A stretch of 64,000 nucleotides of DNA from Seison nebaliae. Lineage: Eukaryota. Of the stretch, positions 1 through 12,562 are shown in pieces. Every line of letters starts with the position of its first letter. Position 1 is the stretch's first letter. The stretch is taken from contig JALJEE010002697.1 in assembly GCA_023231475.1 (NCBI GenBank), positions 1 through 64,000 of the forward strand. The letters are read 5' to 3'. Made by a program: the position numbers and the translations under genes. The notes under the pieces were generated by a model. That model had not been told where the DNA came from. It saw nothing but the letters and a program-made list of their open reading frames with translations, and made no database searches.

Positions 1-210
1 AATTAGGAGTAGAAGTGTCCGTAACGTTGTTAAAAGGAGTAGAACTGTCCTAAATTGCCAAAAAAGGTGTAGAAGTGTCCTATATTACAGAAAAAAGGAG
101 TAGAAGTGTCCGAAATTCTTCGAAAAGGAGTAGAACTGTCCGAATTAAAAGCGTAGAACTGTCCTTTTTTGAAGGAAAAACCAAAAGGAGTAGAACTGTC
201 CGGCAACCGG
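1..210. mobile_element. Array of 7 direct repeats (core AAAAGGAGTAGAA[C/G]TGTCC) with variable ~10-nt spacers, ending in GGCAACCGG; probable terminal region of a DNA transposon with sub-terminal tandem repeats (Mutator/Foldback-like), cut by the window edge
   Basis: Repeat cores end at 20, 50, 80, 111, 141, 164 and 201 (period mostly 30-31). The array stops sharply at ...TGTCCGGCAACCGG, then AT-rich host sequence follows. The repeat is seen directly; the transposon assignment is inferred. Confidence 0.6.
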
Positions 211-365
211 TAACTCAGAAGTGATTTAAAGGAAGATTTTAATGTAAAATATTTTCAATATACAAAAATGTCTTTTTTATAAAATATAAATTAAAATTTA
301 GAGAAGATAATTGAATGAGATATCTAATCATCGTGCCCATTCGAACTTAAATTACAAAATGAATA

Positions 366-426
366 TTAATTGCGATTCTGAATTCTTTTCGCAACGAATA
401 TTTCCAACAACCGAATCTAAATAAAA

Positions 427-457
<31 letters not shown>

Positions 458-3400
458 CAGAGAATAAACAAATACATAAAATAATCGAATAATAAACTTT
501 AGCACTATCTATCGGTGTTAATAAATCATATAATTCATCGCCAACATGAATATAGTACTCCGTCAACAAATAAACCACAGCACGACGAACATTACTACAA
601 CTTTGAACGTCCCATGCCTGAAATGATTATAAATTGAAAATTATTTGGAATATGAAATGTAACTTCTTTTAATGCGGGAAGAAATGATGGAAATAAATTA
701 GCAACAATTTCAGATGTTCGACATTCCTTCACCGTCATCATAGCGCATTCCATGGTATTGATGAGTATGAGGAACGGTATGCAATCATGTTCTTTCGATT
801 TCTGATCCGTTCCATTATGATGGTTGGGCATATTGTCATGTGAACGTACTTTTCTCACTTCCTCGTTCATGAAATGTAGGAGAATTGGCAGTAGTTCACT
901 GGCAGAATAATGTGTTGCCATATCACTACAAACCATTTTATTTGAATTGAAATACTGAATAGGAGAAGATATAAAATTATTGAATTGAAAGAATTTAGAA
1001 AGAACCTCAACAACTATTAAGAATTGTTGTGATGGATTTAAAAAAAGTTCGTTGGATATCAATTTGAGTAAGGGTGCCATTTGAACTGGAATCAATAACA
1101 ATAATAATTTCATTAATTTCATCGAAGTAACTACAATCGATATGGATGATGAACGATGACAACAGAATAATAATTGTAATAATCGACGACAATTTATATC
1201 TGTCATCTTTTCGAATTCATGTGCAGCCATAATGGAATAATATAATTCCATCGAAATTCCATTAAGGATACGATCATTATTATTCTCCATAATTGTGGGC
1301 GATTCAATAATGGTGGAAAGAGGACGTGCTACTTCACTTAACGCCATGTCATTGTTACCGTTTGTATGGTTTCCATTTTTCGTATTATGTTCAAGCAAAT
1401 CATTTGGTCGACAATTCTTTATTATTTCTATATTTCTTTCAATAAACTTCTCATCATTCTTATAATTTCTTGTCGATATTTTCTTCGATTCCATATTATC
1501 TATTTTCAATCGATTATTCACTTTTTTCCATGTATCTTTCATTCGAGTAACTAAATTATGTAATGTCGATTTGATTATGGTGATTTTTGGTGATGGCATT
1601 TCTTCATGTTCACTCAATTTCATAAATGATGTTTGGTGAATGAAAACATTCTTCTCCAAATAATCATTAATATCATTTGATGACTGATTTTGATGATGAT
1701 GACTTGCTAATTGACTATTATTGTCCGAACTGGAATTCGAATCTTTCTGAGAAATATTCGATTCCGTTTCACTTTCCGGTTCCACTCTCATTTTTAATCT
1801 CTCACTAATGAATTCGTGTGAGGATTTGGGAAGATCGGAAATAAATCTCAAAATTTCATCCATATTCAAATTAAATAGATAAATCAATAATAAATCAGCT
1901 TGTCTTGCCAATGTGATCATCGAAGTAGATTCGGATCGGATGTTCTGCAATTTCTCCGCCAACGCCAAAACGTTCACAACAAATTTCTTCATAATTCGTC
2001 GACATTCTTCGATGATAATATTCTCATTTAGTGAAGTGTTCGGTCTCCCGATGCCTAAAAGGAGAGCATGTTCCGAAGTTCTTAAATAACCGTCCATTAA
2101 AATATCTTTTGGTATTTTCGAATCTAAATATTCCATCATTAATAAATGATAAATCCATCAAAAAAATTTAACCTTGAAATAGATTTGAAATAAAATTTAA
2201 TGCCAATCCTTTGGCGAACGGCGGAGAGATTTGAGCATCGTCTGTGAGATATCTGACCGTAATTAAAAATTGAGTTTCACCAGTAAACGTCGATCTGGAA
2301 ATTGAGTCAGGAGAAATTAAATTTTTGAAAAAATTAAATTAACTGAATCACATCAATCAAATTTTCAAATTTCGATTTGATTCCCATCGGAGGCTTCGAC
2401 GTCAATCGATGCCAAATCCTCAACAACAACGAATATAACCAAAAATTTAATTGTTCACCATAATATGAGATGAACGTCTCTAATGATTCAAATAAATTTG
2501 TATTCGTCTACAAAATCATAAACAGGATTTTCATGCAAAAGAAAAATTTCAAAAAATCGTTTAACTTTACTTCCATATGAATGTAGTTGTTGTAAGAATG
2601 TCTCTGTAATTTTCTTCATTTCAATTTTATTTATGAATATCTCATTTCCACTTATCTTACCATTCTTTATGGCACGATTCCTTTCCAATAATCGTTTCAA
2701 TTGATATAAACCTTCTTCATTATTATTTTGTGATTGATTGCCCATCATCCCGATAATTTCATTCACCTAACAATTCATCATTATTAGAATTCATTAATTT
2801 TAAAATTAAAAAAAAAAACAAAAAACAATTTTTAGGATATGGAAATGAAACAGAAGAACAATCAATGGCAATGAACAAAATTTTAAATTAAACAAACAAA
2901 TTATTATTTCATTTTAACGATTAAATGGCACCTGCAAATATAATTTACCATCTCCACAACCACTAATCAATGATGGTGATCGAGAAAAAGATCGATTAAA
3001 ATCATATGATGTTTTCCTTAAAAATTTTTCACTTATCGATTCCCGATCGGAATCGTTTAATTTACAATTATCTCTTTTAATCATACGAATACGTCTCTTA
3101 AAATGAGAACATGGATATTTCTTTAAAAAAACGATGAAAATCGATTTTGGAAAGAAGCGAATGTTAATCAATTTTCTGTTTTTTTTTCAAATTAAATTTA
3201 TAAAATTAACTGGTAAATTTCTTTCTTTAAATGACGAATTGTCTTGATCGTTGGATAGACGTCGATTGCGATATCTGGAATAATTGCGTTTGGTTGACAA
3301 AGTTGAATTGATAGATCGAACTGAAACTTCCGATCTTTCCTCGTCACTTCGATCGAATTTCCTGGGATATCCAAACGAGTCATTTGGTGTTCGTCTTGTA

Positions 3401-4656
3401 AGAGTTTTATTCTCTTTTTTTATTGGCGTTTTCCCCAAATCAGTATTAGTCCGACGACGTGATAAATAAGATCGATGATTGTCAGGTGTTGTTTTTTTCT
3501 TCGCTCCCGGAGTGATGATAGCTGAAACGGCACTTCGATTTGATGGACTTTGATCTCTTTTTTCGAGCATTTTCGACCGATAAGAAGTAACAGGATTTTG
3601 ACGATATTTTGATGGTGAATTTTGTCTCGTTCCTGGTTGGGAGATAGTGGTAGTCGGTCTTTTGATTGTTCGACTGGAAAGTGCTCCAGTGACACTGGAT
3701 GATGATGCTTGTCGTTCTACAAATCGACCACGATTACTAAGTAAATCAGATTCTTCATTCAATTCTTTCTTTTTTCTTTTGTCTAATTTACTATAAATGA
3801 TATCAGCTTGTGATTGTAAAATACTAGATTTCATAGCTCGATATGCATCTTTTGCACTCAATCGAGCACCAACATCAGCATCAGTTAATCCTTTCATTAA
3901 TGCATCACCTATATTGGGAGCGAGTGATGTAATGATGGTTTTTTGAGAATTTGATAATTTTCGAGAATCCGTCACATCAACTGGTGTCAATTGCATTCCT
4001 GGCCAATAAGCCAAAATATTTTTGAGGAAACATAAACAGAATCGTCTCACTTCCTTCGCCTTCGACATTTGAATTTCCTCGCATAATATCGTGATGAATT
4101 TGGGAGATTGAATATAAGCGAGAATGAAAACTATACAAAGAGCGACAGAAGACGACATGATCTTCTTCGCGTTGTTAATCAACGTCAACATAACTGGGAG
4201 ATGTAGTTCGAAAAATTGATCGATCTGAGTCTCACTATACGGAAGATTTGTCGACGCTTCTGCTATATATGATAGAGTGATACAAGTTTCACGTCGAATT
4301 TGAGAACGTAAATCTTTCATGTTTTTGAGAAGTTCTTCGTTCATTTGTCGAAGTGAATTATAAAATTCTTTTTGATGTTTCAGATGAAGTTTCTTTGAAA
4401 TGACTAATCTCAATTGTTTCATTGCATTGACACGAACTGTCCATTTCTCTTGTTGATTGTCCGTCAGAATCACCTTCAACTTTTGTAGGAATTGTTGCAA
4501 TTCTTTTCCGGTGACATGATCGATGTCAAAGGGGAGTGTCACATCGGAAGGAGTGAATGACTCGATGAATGATTTACATGTGACACATCCAGTTGCATTT
4601 GTGATACTTTCAGCAGCTGTTTCAACGTATTTTATTAAGAATGATTGATTCATCAT
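366..4656 (-). CDS. CLASP: CLIP-associating protein (CLASP/Orbit/Mast), TOG2-TOG3-C-terminal domain; exons 4656-3211, 2766-2566, 2507-2344, 2294-2173, 2123-664, 617-498, 416-366
   Basis: TOG2 motifs: EKWTVRVNAMKQLR, KDLRSQIRRETCITLSY, KGLTDADVGAR. Ser/Arg-rich linker. TOG3: EEGLYQLKRLL...LETFISYYGEQLNFWLYSLL...QFLITVRYLTD. C-terminus: SNVRRAVVYLLTEYYIHVGDEL...KIRLLEIFVAKR. GT-AG introns keep the frame across all junctions. Confidence 0.9.
436..463. repeat. (AG)n microsatellite inside the last CLASP intron; it forms the polypyrimidine tract on the minus strand
   Basis: agagagagagagagagagagacagag seen directly within intron 417-497. Confidence 0.9.
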
Positions 4657-7084
4657 CCATCAACAAAGAAACGAATGAAAATGAGATTGATCTGAATGAA
4701 ATTCTGGATAAAATTCTAGAGAAATTTTCGGAGGAAACAATCTCGTCAGTTTGTGTTAATAAAATTAATTTATTCACTCTTTTCTAGATCAACTTCATCA
4801 AATTATCACTTATGTTTGAAGAGGGACGTTCAAAAAAACGGTACATGTCAAGAAGTGAGATGTGTTCATTCAAATCGATCCACTTTGACAAATGAAACTA
4901 GACACAATTGGGGGGGGCGAATGTACACGTTCTTCGTCTTATTAATTTCACTCTTCCTAAGTGAAACTTTATCTCTTTTTAATGATATCTTCTATCATCA
5001 TCATCATTTCCTTCTCGACGAATGATGAATAATTGAATAATCTTTATGAAGTCGTCTTATCTTTCATTCACCACGAGAAAGGAAAAGGTCAGAATGTCTG
5101 ACGCAGAACACAGGTGGTTCTCTTTAAGTATGATTTTTTCCGAGAGAAAACGATATTTCTGATCCATCTGAATGAAATGACATTTAGACACCGACACTAA
5201 CAATGAGGAGAAAAAGGAAAATTAAATTAAAATGTGAAATTATTTCCTGGTCTCTTCATTGTCCTGTGGGAACGAAGAAGGAAGTCTTATGAAGGAGTGT
5301 ACAATTGCCACTCTTTCTCTCTCTCCTCGTAAGCGGAAGGATTGTAAAAAAATGTACAACGTACTTTACCGAGGTTGAAGACATTCATTTTATTTTCAAA
5401 TTGTCGAAGATCATTCGAACACACGAAGATACAGAAGAGTAATGATGATAGAGCATGGATGTCAAAAGTTGGGAGGAACGATGAGGCAAATCATGTCATT
5501 CTGTACTTTTTACATTAGAAGATCTCTATAACACAGAGGAAGCTGAAAACTGATTTTTTCTCTTTCTTGGGCCCGATTTGACATCCATGGAATAGAGCGA
5601 TGATGAATCGATTTTGAATAAATGTAAATTTCAAAAAAGGCGTTTATGTATCTAATTGAAAAGATCACTCAACGATTAAATAATTTGTGATCTATTTAAC
5701 AATGTTCTTTCGATAATAATATGAATTAATCTCAACATTTATCACATCCCTTGTTTTTGAAGAGGAGAGGATGGAAAGATAAATTAAAGAAGTTGACCGA
5801 ACAACATAGCGATTCTTAATTGCAAATCATTCTACCAATGATATTACAATATTTTTAACAATAAAAAAAATTTAGATTATAAGCTTAATACATGATTTCG
5901 ATAAAGAACATGACTCATTTTTTCTTATCTCTATCGTCCTTGTATCTTTCGGAAAAAGGAAGATAAAGATTATTAAAAATAAATCTCTTGTAATTTATAT
6001 GACGATTAGAATTTTGTGCAGACAGATTTTTCTTTTGAGAATAATCCATTTAATTTGTAGATTGTCAGTAACTGTTAAGAACTGATTGGAATAAGAAGAA
6101 AAAATTATTTGAACATTTAATAGGAAATTCTTAGGAGCACGAGGAGATTCTTTATCTTCATATTTATTTAGCAAAAACTGAAAGATGAAAAGAAGCATAT
6201 TAAACGGAAGATTTAATGATAATACCAGAAACAATAAATTAAAGAGAAATAATCGGAGAAAATATGAATCATTGTTAATATACATAAGAATTCCAAATAT
6301 CTTACAATTGTTGGAGTAGTAAGATAAAAGTTTTCTCTCTCCCTCCCAATATCCGAACGTCTCTTTGAAATTATTCTTAGTTTTCTGAACTTGTGCAAAT
6401 ACAATGATTGGAACATAAAGAAGAATGTCTTTGTGGTTCTATTTGTGAGAAAGAAAAAAAGGAGAAAATTTATAGAAGAAATTTGTTTTTCTAAAACAGA
6501 GTTCTTTTCCAGAGGGGAATTATGATGTGAGTGTGTGTGTATGTGAGGGGGAGGCGATGGGTGAATTCTCTAACGAAAGAATTCTTCAAAGAAAACTGTA
6601 TAATTTAGGTGAGGAAAGTTCGCATACTTTTTTTTCGTTCTTATCCATTTTATCCAACCAGTTAACAAATAAGAAAGGAAGATGATGAGGATGTAACTGA
6701 AAAGAAAATGTCTGAAAGAAAATAAATTTTTGATGGAAAGAAAGACGAGTAAGTTTGGATGACCCAAATAATAATTTTATCGAATTATTTAAAATTTGAA
6801 AAATAAATAAAGTTAGTTAAAAACTGATTTATATGGTGAGAGTTCAGAAATAGGTAATTTTGGAGTTAGAGGAGAAAACTATGATTTGTAAACGGATGGA
6901 AACGTTGAGTGTTGAAAGTCGAATTAGTATCCGATCTGAACGGTTTGTTGGTGTGTTGATGGGAAACTTATAAGGAAATCAATCACTAACCAGAGGAACT
7001 AACCAAGAAGGGAAATAATTAGGTATGAAGATTTTAGTTATCCATAGTATGGAAATTTTCGGGTGAAAGAAAAAGAGAAAACAT

Positions 7085-10000
7085 TCAAAGTTTCTCATCA
7101 GACGATAAGAATTTAATGAACTGTACAGGACTTGATGGTGAAGCTGGCTTAAATTGATAAGCTTTCAGATAATCGACTAGATTCTGCGACTTACTCTTTT
7201 GTAATCGGTTCGTTGTTGCTTTTGTTGATGCTCTCGATGTCGATGTTCCTTTACGACTTCTATTCAGACAATTATTATTCGATTTCTTCGACTTCAAATT
7301 TCTTTCATTCACTATATAATCCACATGATTGATAACATTTTTCTTATCAGATTGTCCAACAAATTGTTTCTTCGGAATCTTTAAAGACGCTGATGGTTTA
7401 CTATCCAAATATATTTGTTTTAAAGGTTTCTCCAAATCAGTTGAGAATGTGCGATCTCGATGACTCTTTGTCAATTCCTCATCTTCTTTCTCATCAATAT
7501 AATCGATATTTGATTCTAAATATTTCTCATTATCATGAGACACATTAACAGTGGGAATAGTTCGCACCCAAGATTTCATGTTGTTCTCCATTAACGAATA
7601 ATTCGATTGCATCGACGGTTTCGAAGAACCATCTTTATTTCTATGATGACGATAAAGATTTGATTTACGAATCGTTTCCACTTCCTCTTTCTTCAATTCT
7701 TTATCCGGCATCGCATAAAGTTGATGATTCATATGTTCCTTAAATTCACTACCTGTCGTATCAGTCGACGGTTTATCAATATTTCTCGGTGAAGAATTTT
7801 GGTAAGTTGTCCGTTGTGTGTAAGTCTGTTGTTTTTGGATTTGAGGAGGTTTTGGTATTTCTTCTTCTTTTTGGATGTTGACCGAATTCTTTAACGGTTT
7901 AAAACATTTGATGTCATCTGATTTCGACATACTTCCACTATCCAAATCATTCTCACAGACAATTGGAATACTTTTAGCATTCGAATGCAATTCGAAATAT
8001 TGAGATGATTGTTTTCTACTTGTCGGAAATTGATGATGTTTCCTTCCTGCCCTTTCTTCACTTTCATACGAATCTTTATTATTTCTCTCAAAGTGATGAG
8101 ACGTTTCCTGTACATTCTCTTTGCCATTTTCCGGGAACACTAAATTATTCTCTCCGAAATTCAACGAACGATCATGTGATCGATAAAACGGTAAATTCTG
8201 TTTGCACGACGTTGAATTAATTTTGGTATCGGTATTCTCATGATTATTATGATTCTCATGATTATTGGGATCCTCATGATTATTGGGATTCTCATGATTA
8301 TTTGAATTTTCATGATTATTGGGATTCTCGTAATTATTGGGAATCTCATCGAAATTATTAAGATATCGACTTTCGTCAATGAAATGTTTGGAATTGGTGA
8401 AACTTATTCGATTATTTCTCGGTTGATCATATTTTATTCGAATTGATTCATTTATTCTCAAATCGACAGGTCGATTACGGAATGATATTCGATTTTGTTT
8501 ACTGATATAATCTCTCTTATCATCATCTTTATCGGTATTAATTATTTCATTTGTTAATTTAGGTTTCGAATACAAACTCTTGTACATTCGATCATTCGAT
8601 TTAAACGGTGATGATCGATCAATATCGTAATCAGCGAAAAATTGAGCTCTCGGATTGGCTGGTAAATGAGTGATACTTCGTTTCATAAAACTATCAGGTA
8701 CAGTTGTCGATCGAGAGTTGGATAATTTTTGATAGGACGTTCCATCACCATTATCTTCGATTCTTGCTTTATGGTTTGTTGGAGATTGGAAGAAATTCGA
8801 TTGATTTCCATCATTATATCTGTCGTCATTTCGAGTTGGATATTTGTTGATGGAAGTTGTTGGAGGCATTGTAGTTATTTGTGATATTGTTGGCATGGGA
8901 CATGATGTTTTAGAGGTGGAATAAGTTTTGGTTTGTCGATCATCTGCAAAAACGATATGACAATGTATTTGACATTCTACAACTGATGGATTGCCCGAAG
9001 GTGCCATATGAGATTGAATTGATGTATGTCTTGTCGAATGATTTGATTGATCACGTGAAGGTAGAGGAATATTGATTTGAATAGGCAGAACATTCTGATC
9101 CTGATTTATGTTTTGTGTAGATTGCGTCATTATCATCTGATCAGTTGATTGGTCGTTTATCGATGGATCATGAAAAATTTGTTTGGTTGAAGAATTAAAT
9201 AATCGATCGGAATTATTTTTATGTTGAACGACGTCCTTCTCCTTGAACAAGAAAGTTTCAGCTGAAGTTGTCGATTTACACAAATGAGAAGTGTTAACTA
9301 CTGGCACGTTTCCTTGGCAACAGAAGGTCGATCGGTCACAGATACTATGAGGTTGTTTACATTCCGCAGCGAATAGATTGCGATCGATTTTCTCGTTCAA
9401 TGAATTGTTTTTTGATATTAAATTGGGTTGCGACAGTTGCTGATTTTCATTTGATGCTTCGTGTTCCGGTGGAAAATTTGTAGAATTCGTATAATTGGTA
9501 TGATGACGATTATTTAATTCTCTTAGCGAATGATCCGTCTTATTATTTCGACCTAGATCAATTTCATAGAACAAAGTGTTTAGTTGATTGGAAGTTGTCG
9601 TAATACGTTTCCGCCGTAATGATGAAGATGATTTTACTGATGATGAACTTAACTTTCTTTCCAAATCGACCAAGGACGAATTGATGGAGAGTGTGGAATT
9701 CTTATCATTTTCTGTTATATCGTTCAAGATGTTGATTGATATATCGGAATTATTGTCATTGTTATAGATGTAATTATTATTTTTATTTGCGAATATGATT
9801 TCTTTTACCTTCCCGTCTTCCTCTCCAATTGCTTTCTTCTCTTCCTCCTTCGACAACGTTTGTTTATTTTCTTTCCTTGTCTTTTCGCTTTCTACCAGAT
9901 AATGCTCAGACTCGTCGACCCGCTCACTTTCTACCTGATTTCTTCGCTTATTCAAATTAGTTGTATCTGTCCGAAATTCTGGAAATTTTCGGTTCGTCTG

Positions 10001-12562
10001 ATATGTGGCTTCGTCAGTTCGATAAAGAGGTGATTCGCTTACAACAGATGGATGACCTTCGTGTGGCAGATGGACATTTGAATTTGATGTTGGCGAATGT
10101 ATGATCAGTTCATTGTCGTCCTGCGCTTCATTCCACTTCAAATAATGAGAAATTTTTTGATGGTGCTTTCCCGCTTTTCTACAATCTCTTCTACCGATAT
10201 CTTTCTTCTCATTCGATTCATTTAAACATTTGTTGTTTGTTGTTCGAAGATCATTAACATTTCCATTATTTCTCCTTGTATTACTGACGTTGTTGGTAGA
10301 ATTAAGAATGTTATTACTACTGGTAAGAAGAGTAGCAGCAGTGGAAATAGGAGCACTGACAGTTGTAGTTGTTGGAAGAAATTGAGTATTTTCACATGAA
10401 ATTATATTAAAATTGTTACCAATTTCTTTATTAATAATTTCATAATATTCTTTTTTTCCGTTTCTGTTAATTACTTCATAATCATTTTTCAATAATGCTA
10501 TCGATGGCGATAATGGTGAAGAGGAAAATTTTTCTTTATGTTTCTTAATATTTTCTTTTGTTTCGTTCGATTGTTCTCTATTTTCTTTTATTTGACGATT
10601 CTTTCCATCATCATTTCTATAATCAGACAATTTGTCATTCGCTTTAAGTGACAAAGAAAAGTTTGATACTTGTCGATCTATATAGTTGTTACTTCCAACT
10701 TTCGTGTGGGAATGAAATGTGTTATTAAGTGAACGACCTTCATCTTTATCTCGGCTCCCATCAAAAATAATATGACTCATTGTTTGATGGGAGAATTTCG
10801 TATTATCTCTCTCGTCAATTGATTTCTTTATCTCCTTAGATGATTCATTTTCATTATCTTTCATGGAACATTCGGGAAATACTTCCTCACATATTCCCTT
10901 GTCGGTTTCCCGATTGTTCAACTTGTCATTCCAATCGGCTGTACTATCGATGCTGGATGACATTGTCAATCCAATAATATTCATAGATTGTTTATTGATT
11001 TGGTACTTATGACAGTTTTCGATTAAATTGCTTTCACGATAATTAAATGATCTATTACCAATTAAATCTCGATTATTTTCATGAGAATCCGACAATTTGT
11101 TCTGGTCGGATCGTTGAACTTCATATCCTCCCATTATTTTCTCCACATTTCCATTATCATTCTCATCAGTTCGTCCAATTCTCATATAATTGTCGACATG
11201 TCGAATCATATGACTGACACTGCCTAATCGTATCATTTCATCATTAATCTCATCATCGTAAACGATGGAATCATGGAGTTTGTTATTGTTGCTCATTTTT
11301 TCAAATGTTTCGTTCGATGATGTTGTAGATGATAATGATGAACTTGAATTTCCTAAATTTTCTTTCGACATCTCATTATCTAAATGCTTCACTGGAATTC
11401 TTCCGTAAGAAAATTCTGGTAATTGATGCACTATCTCACAATTTCGACATTCATTTGTCGAACGACTAATTATATGGCCAGCAACGTTACCTAATCTCGT
11501 TGTTTTCACCGAATGCCATTTAGCCTTTTGTTTCGGTTGTAGACTGGAGAATCTGGTAAGAATATGTTGTTCGTGTTTTTTCAATCGTCTTTCATTCTCT
11601 CCTTTTCTTTCTTCGTTCTCATCCAGTCGTTGTCCATATTGCTTCTGGATGTCAGGAGGAACATGCAAACAAATATTATTGTTGTAACCGGCCAGTTGTG
11701 TTGCTTTCGTTAGAGTGATGACAGGATTATTATTTCTTCTTATACTTTCTTTCTCCATCTCCTTATGACCCTTCTTTTTGTTCTTCTCCTTAATTTCTTT
11801 CTTCTTCGTATTCTTTTCATGAAACAATGAAAGCGTATCGAGTTGATGAACATGATTCGTTTCGCCATATTTTTCCGGTGAACTCGACGGTAATCGATAA
11901 CTACTCTCCCAATCCGATATTGAGTCTCGATATGAATAACTGATATATGGTGTGGATGAGTGTTCGTCATTCAATTCCATCGGCTCTAAATAATCAGTTA
12001 ACAAATGTACTTGATTATTCAGACTTTTCACTTTCGTTCGATCGATAGCTGAATGACGACGTTTATTAAAGAATTCTAATCGACGATGATGTGCCATAAC
12101 AACATCTTTCTTCGAAGCTGTCTTCTTTCCATCCTTCTCCATTATCCTCCTCACAATTCGATGCTCTAATGGATTCTCCACAGCATCATCATGCGATTTC
12201 TCTAACGTTCCATAAAACGAATCGAGCATCGTCGATGAATGATTACTGTTTCCGTTCGTTGAACTATTTTGTATTTCTTTATCATATATCCTCCCATTAA
12301 GATGATCACTTCTATCATTTTTCAATTGTGTCATCGATTTATTTGGATAGACATCTGATGGAATTTTCTCTTTTTTTCTTCGACGTTTCTGCATGATTTC
12401 TGCATAATACTCCTTCGGATCGAATAGCGAGTAACAATATTCTTTTGAATCAACAAGAAATCGTTTTGTCTTTTTCGACCATTTATCATCATTCTCTTCT
12501 ATCGATGCAGCTGATTCATACGTGAAATGATTATTCTTTATCTTATTCATCCTTTCTTTCAT
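7085..12562 (-). CDS. 1825-aa orphan protein, N/S/K/E-rich and probably largely disordered; no domain recognised
   Basis: A 5.5-kb stop-free ORF in AT-rich DNA is very unlikely by chance. There is an in-frame TGA two codons upstream of the ATG. Contains an internal hexapeptide repeat. Confidence 0.8.
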   Translation of the reverse strand: MKERMNKIKNNHFTYESAASIEENDDKWSKKTKRFLVDSKEYCYSLFDPKEYYAEIMQKRRRKKEKIPSDVYPNKSMTQLKNDRSDHLNGRIYDKEIQNSSTNGNSNHSSTMLDSFYGTLEKSHDDAVENPLEHRIVRRIMEKDGKKTASKKDVVMAHHRRLEFFNKRRHSAIDRTKVKSLNNQVHLLTDYLEPMELNDEHSSTPYISYSYRDSISDWESSYRLPSSSPEKYGETNHVHQLDTLSLFHEKNTKKKEIKEKNKKKGHKEMEKESIRRNNNPVITLTKATQLAGYNNNICLHVPPDIQKQYGQRLDENEERKGENERRLKKHEQHILTRFSSLQPKQKAKWHSVKTTRLGNVAGHIISRSTNECRNCEIVHQLPEFSYGRIPVKHLDNEMSKENLGNSSSSLSSTTSSNETFEKMSNNNKLHDSIVYDDEINDEMIRLGSVSHMIRHVDNYMRIGRTDENDNGNVEKIMGGYEVQRSDQNKLSDSHENNRDLIGNRSFNYRESNLIENCHKYQINKQSMNIIGLTMSSSIDSTADWNDKLNNRETDKGICEEVFPECSMKDNENESSKEIKKSIDERDNTKFSHQTMSHIIFDGSRDKDEGRSLNNTFHSHTKVGSNNYIDRQVSNFSLSLKANDKLSDYRNDDGKNRQIKENREQSNETKENIKKHKEKFSSSPLSPSIALLKNDYEVINRNGKKEYYEIINKEIGNNFNIISCENTQFLPTTTTVSAPISTAATLLTSSNNILNSTNNVSNTRRNNGNVNDLRTTNNKCLNESNEKKDIGRRDCRKAGKHHQKISHYLKWNEAQDDNELIIHSPTSNSNVHLPHEGHPSVVSESPLYRTDEATYQTNRKFPEFRTDTTNLNKRRNQVESERVDESEHYLVESEKTRKENKQTLSKEEEKKAIGEEDGKVKEIIFANKNNNYIYNNDNNSDISINILNDITENDKNSTLSINSSLVDLERKLSSSSVKSSSSLRRKRITTTSNQLNTLFYEIDLGRNNKTDHSLRELNNRHHTNYTNSTNFPPEHEASNENQQLSQPNLISKNNSLNEKIDRNLFAAECKQPHSICDRSTFCCQGNVPVVNTSHLCKSTTSAETFLFKEKDVVQHKNNSDRLFNSSTKQIFHDPSINDQSTDQMIMTQSTQNINQDQNVLPIQINIPLPSRDQSNHSTRHTSIQSHMAPSGNPSVVECQIHCHIVFADDRQTKTYSTSKTSCPMPTISQITTMPPTTSINKYPTRNDDRYNDGNQSNFFQSPTNHKARIEDNGDGTSYQKLSNSRSTTVPDSFMKRSITHLPANPRAQFFADYDIDRSSPFKSNDRMYKSLYSKPKLTNEIINTDKDDDKRDYISKQNRISFRNRPVDLRINESIRIKYDQPRNNRISFTNSKHFIDESRYLNNFDEIPNNYENPNNHENSNNHENPNNHEDPNNHENHNNHENTDTKINSTSCKQNLPFYRSHDRSLNFGENNLVFPENGKENVQETSHHFERNNKDSYESEERAGRKHHQFPTSRKQSSQYFELHSNAKSIPIVCENDLDSGSMSKSDDIKCFKPLKNSVNIQKEEEIPKPPQIQKQQTYTQRTTYQNSSPRNIDKPSTDTTGSEFKEHMNHQLYAMPDKELKKEEVETIRKSNLYRHHRNKDGSSKPSMQSNYSLMENNMKSWVRTIPTVNVSHDNEKYLESNIDYIDEKEDEELTKSHRDRTFSTDLEKPLKQIYLDSKPSASLKIPKKQFVGQSDKKNVINHVDYIVNERNLKSKKSNNNCLNRSRKGTSTSRASTKATTNRLQKSKSQNLVDYLKAYQFKPASPSSPVQFIKFLSSDEKL
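8231..8338 (-). repeat. 18-bp coding tandem repeat, 6 units, encoding NN[H/Y]E[N/D][P/S/H/T]
   Basis: Translation NNYENP NNHENS NNHENP NNHEDP NNHENH NNHENT; the nucleotide unit catgattattgggattct recurs with variants. Confidence 0.9.

Noticed and set aside
1..210. True CRISPR array
   Set aside because: Spacers are only about 10 nt, repeats are short and degenerate, there are no cas genes, and the context is an intron-containing animal genome.
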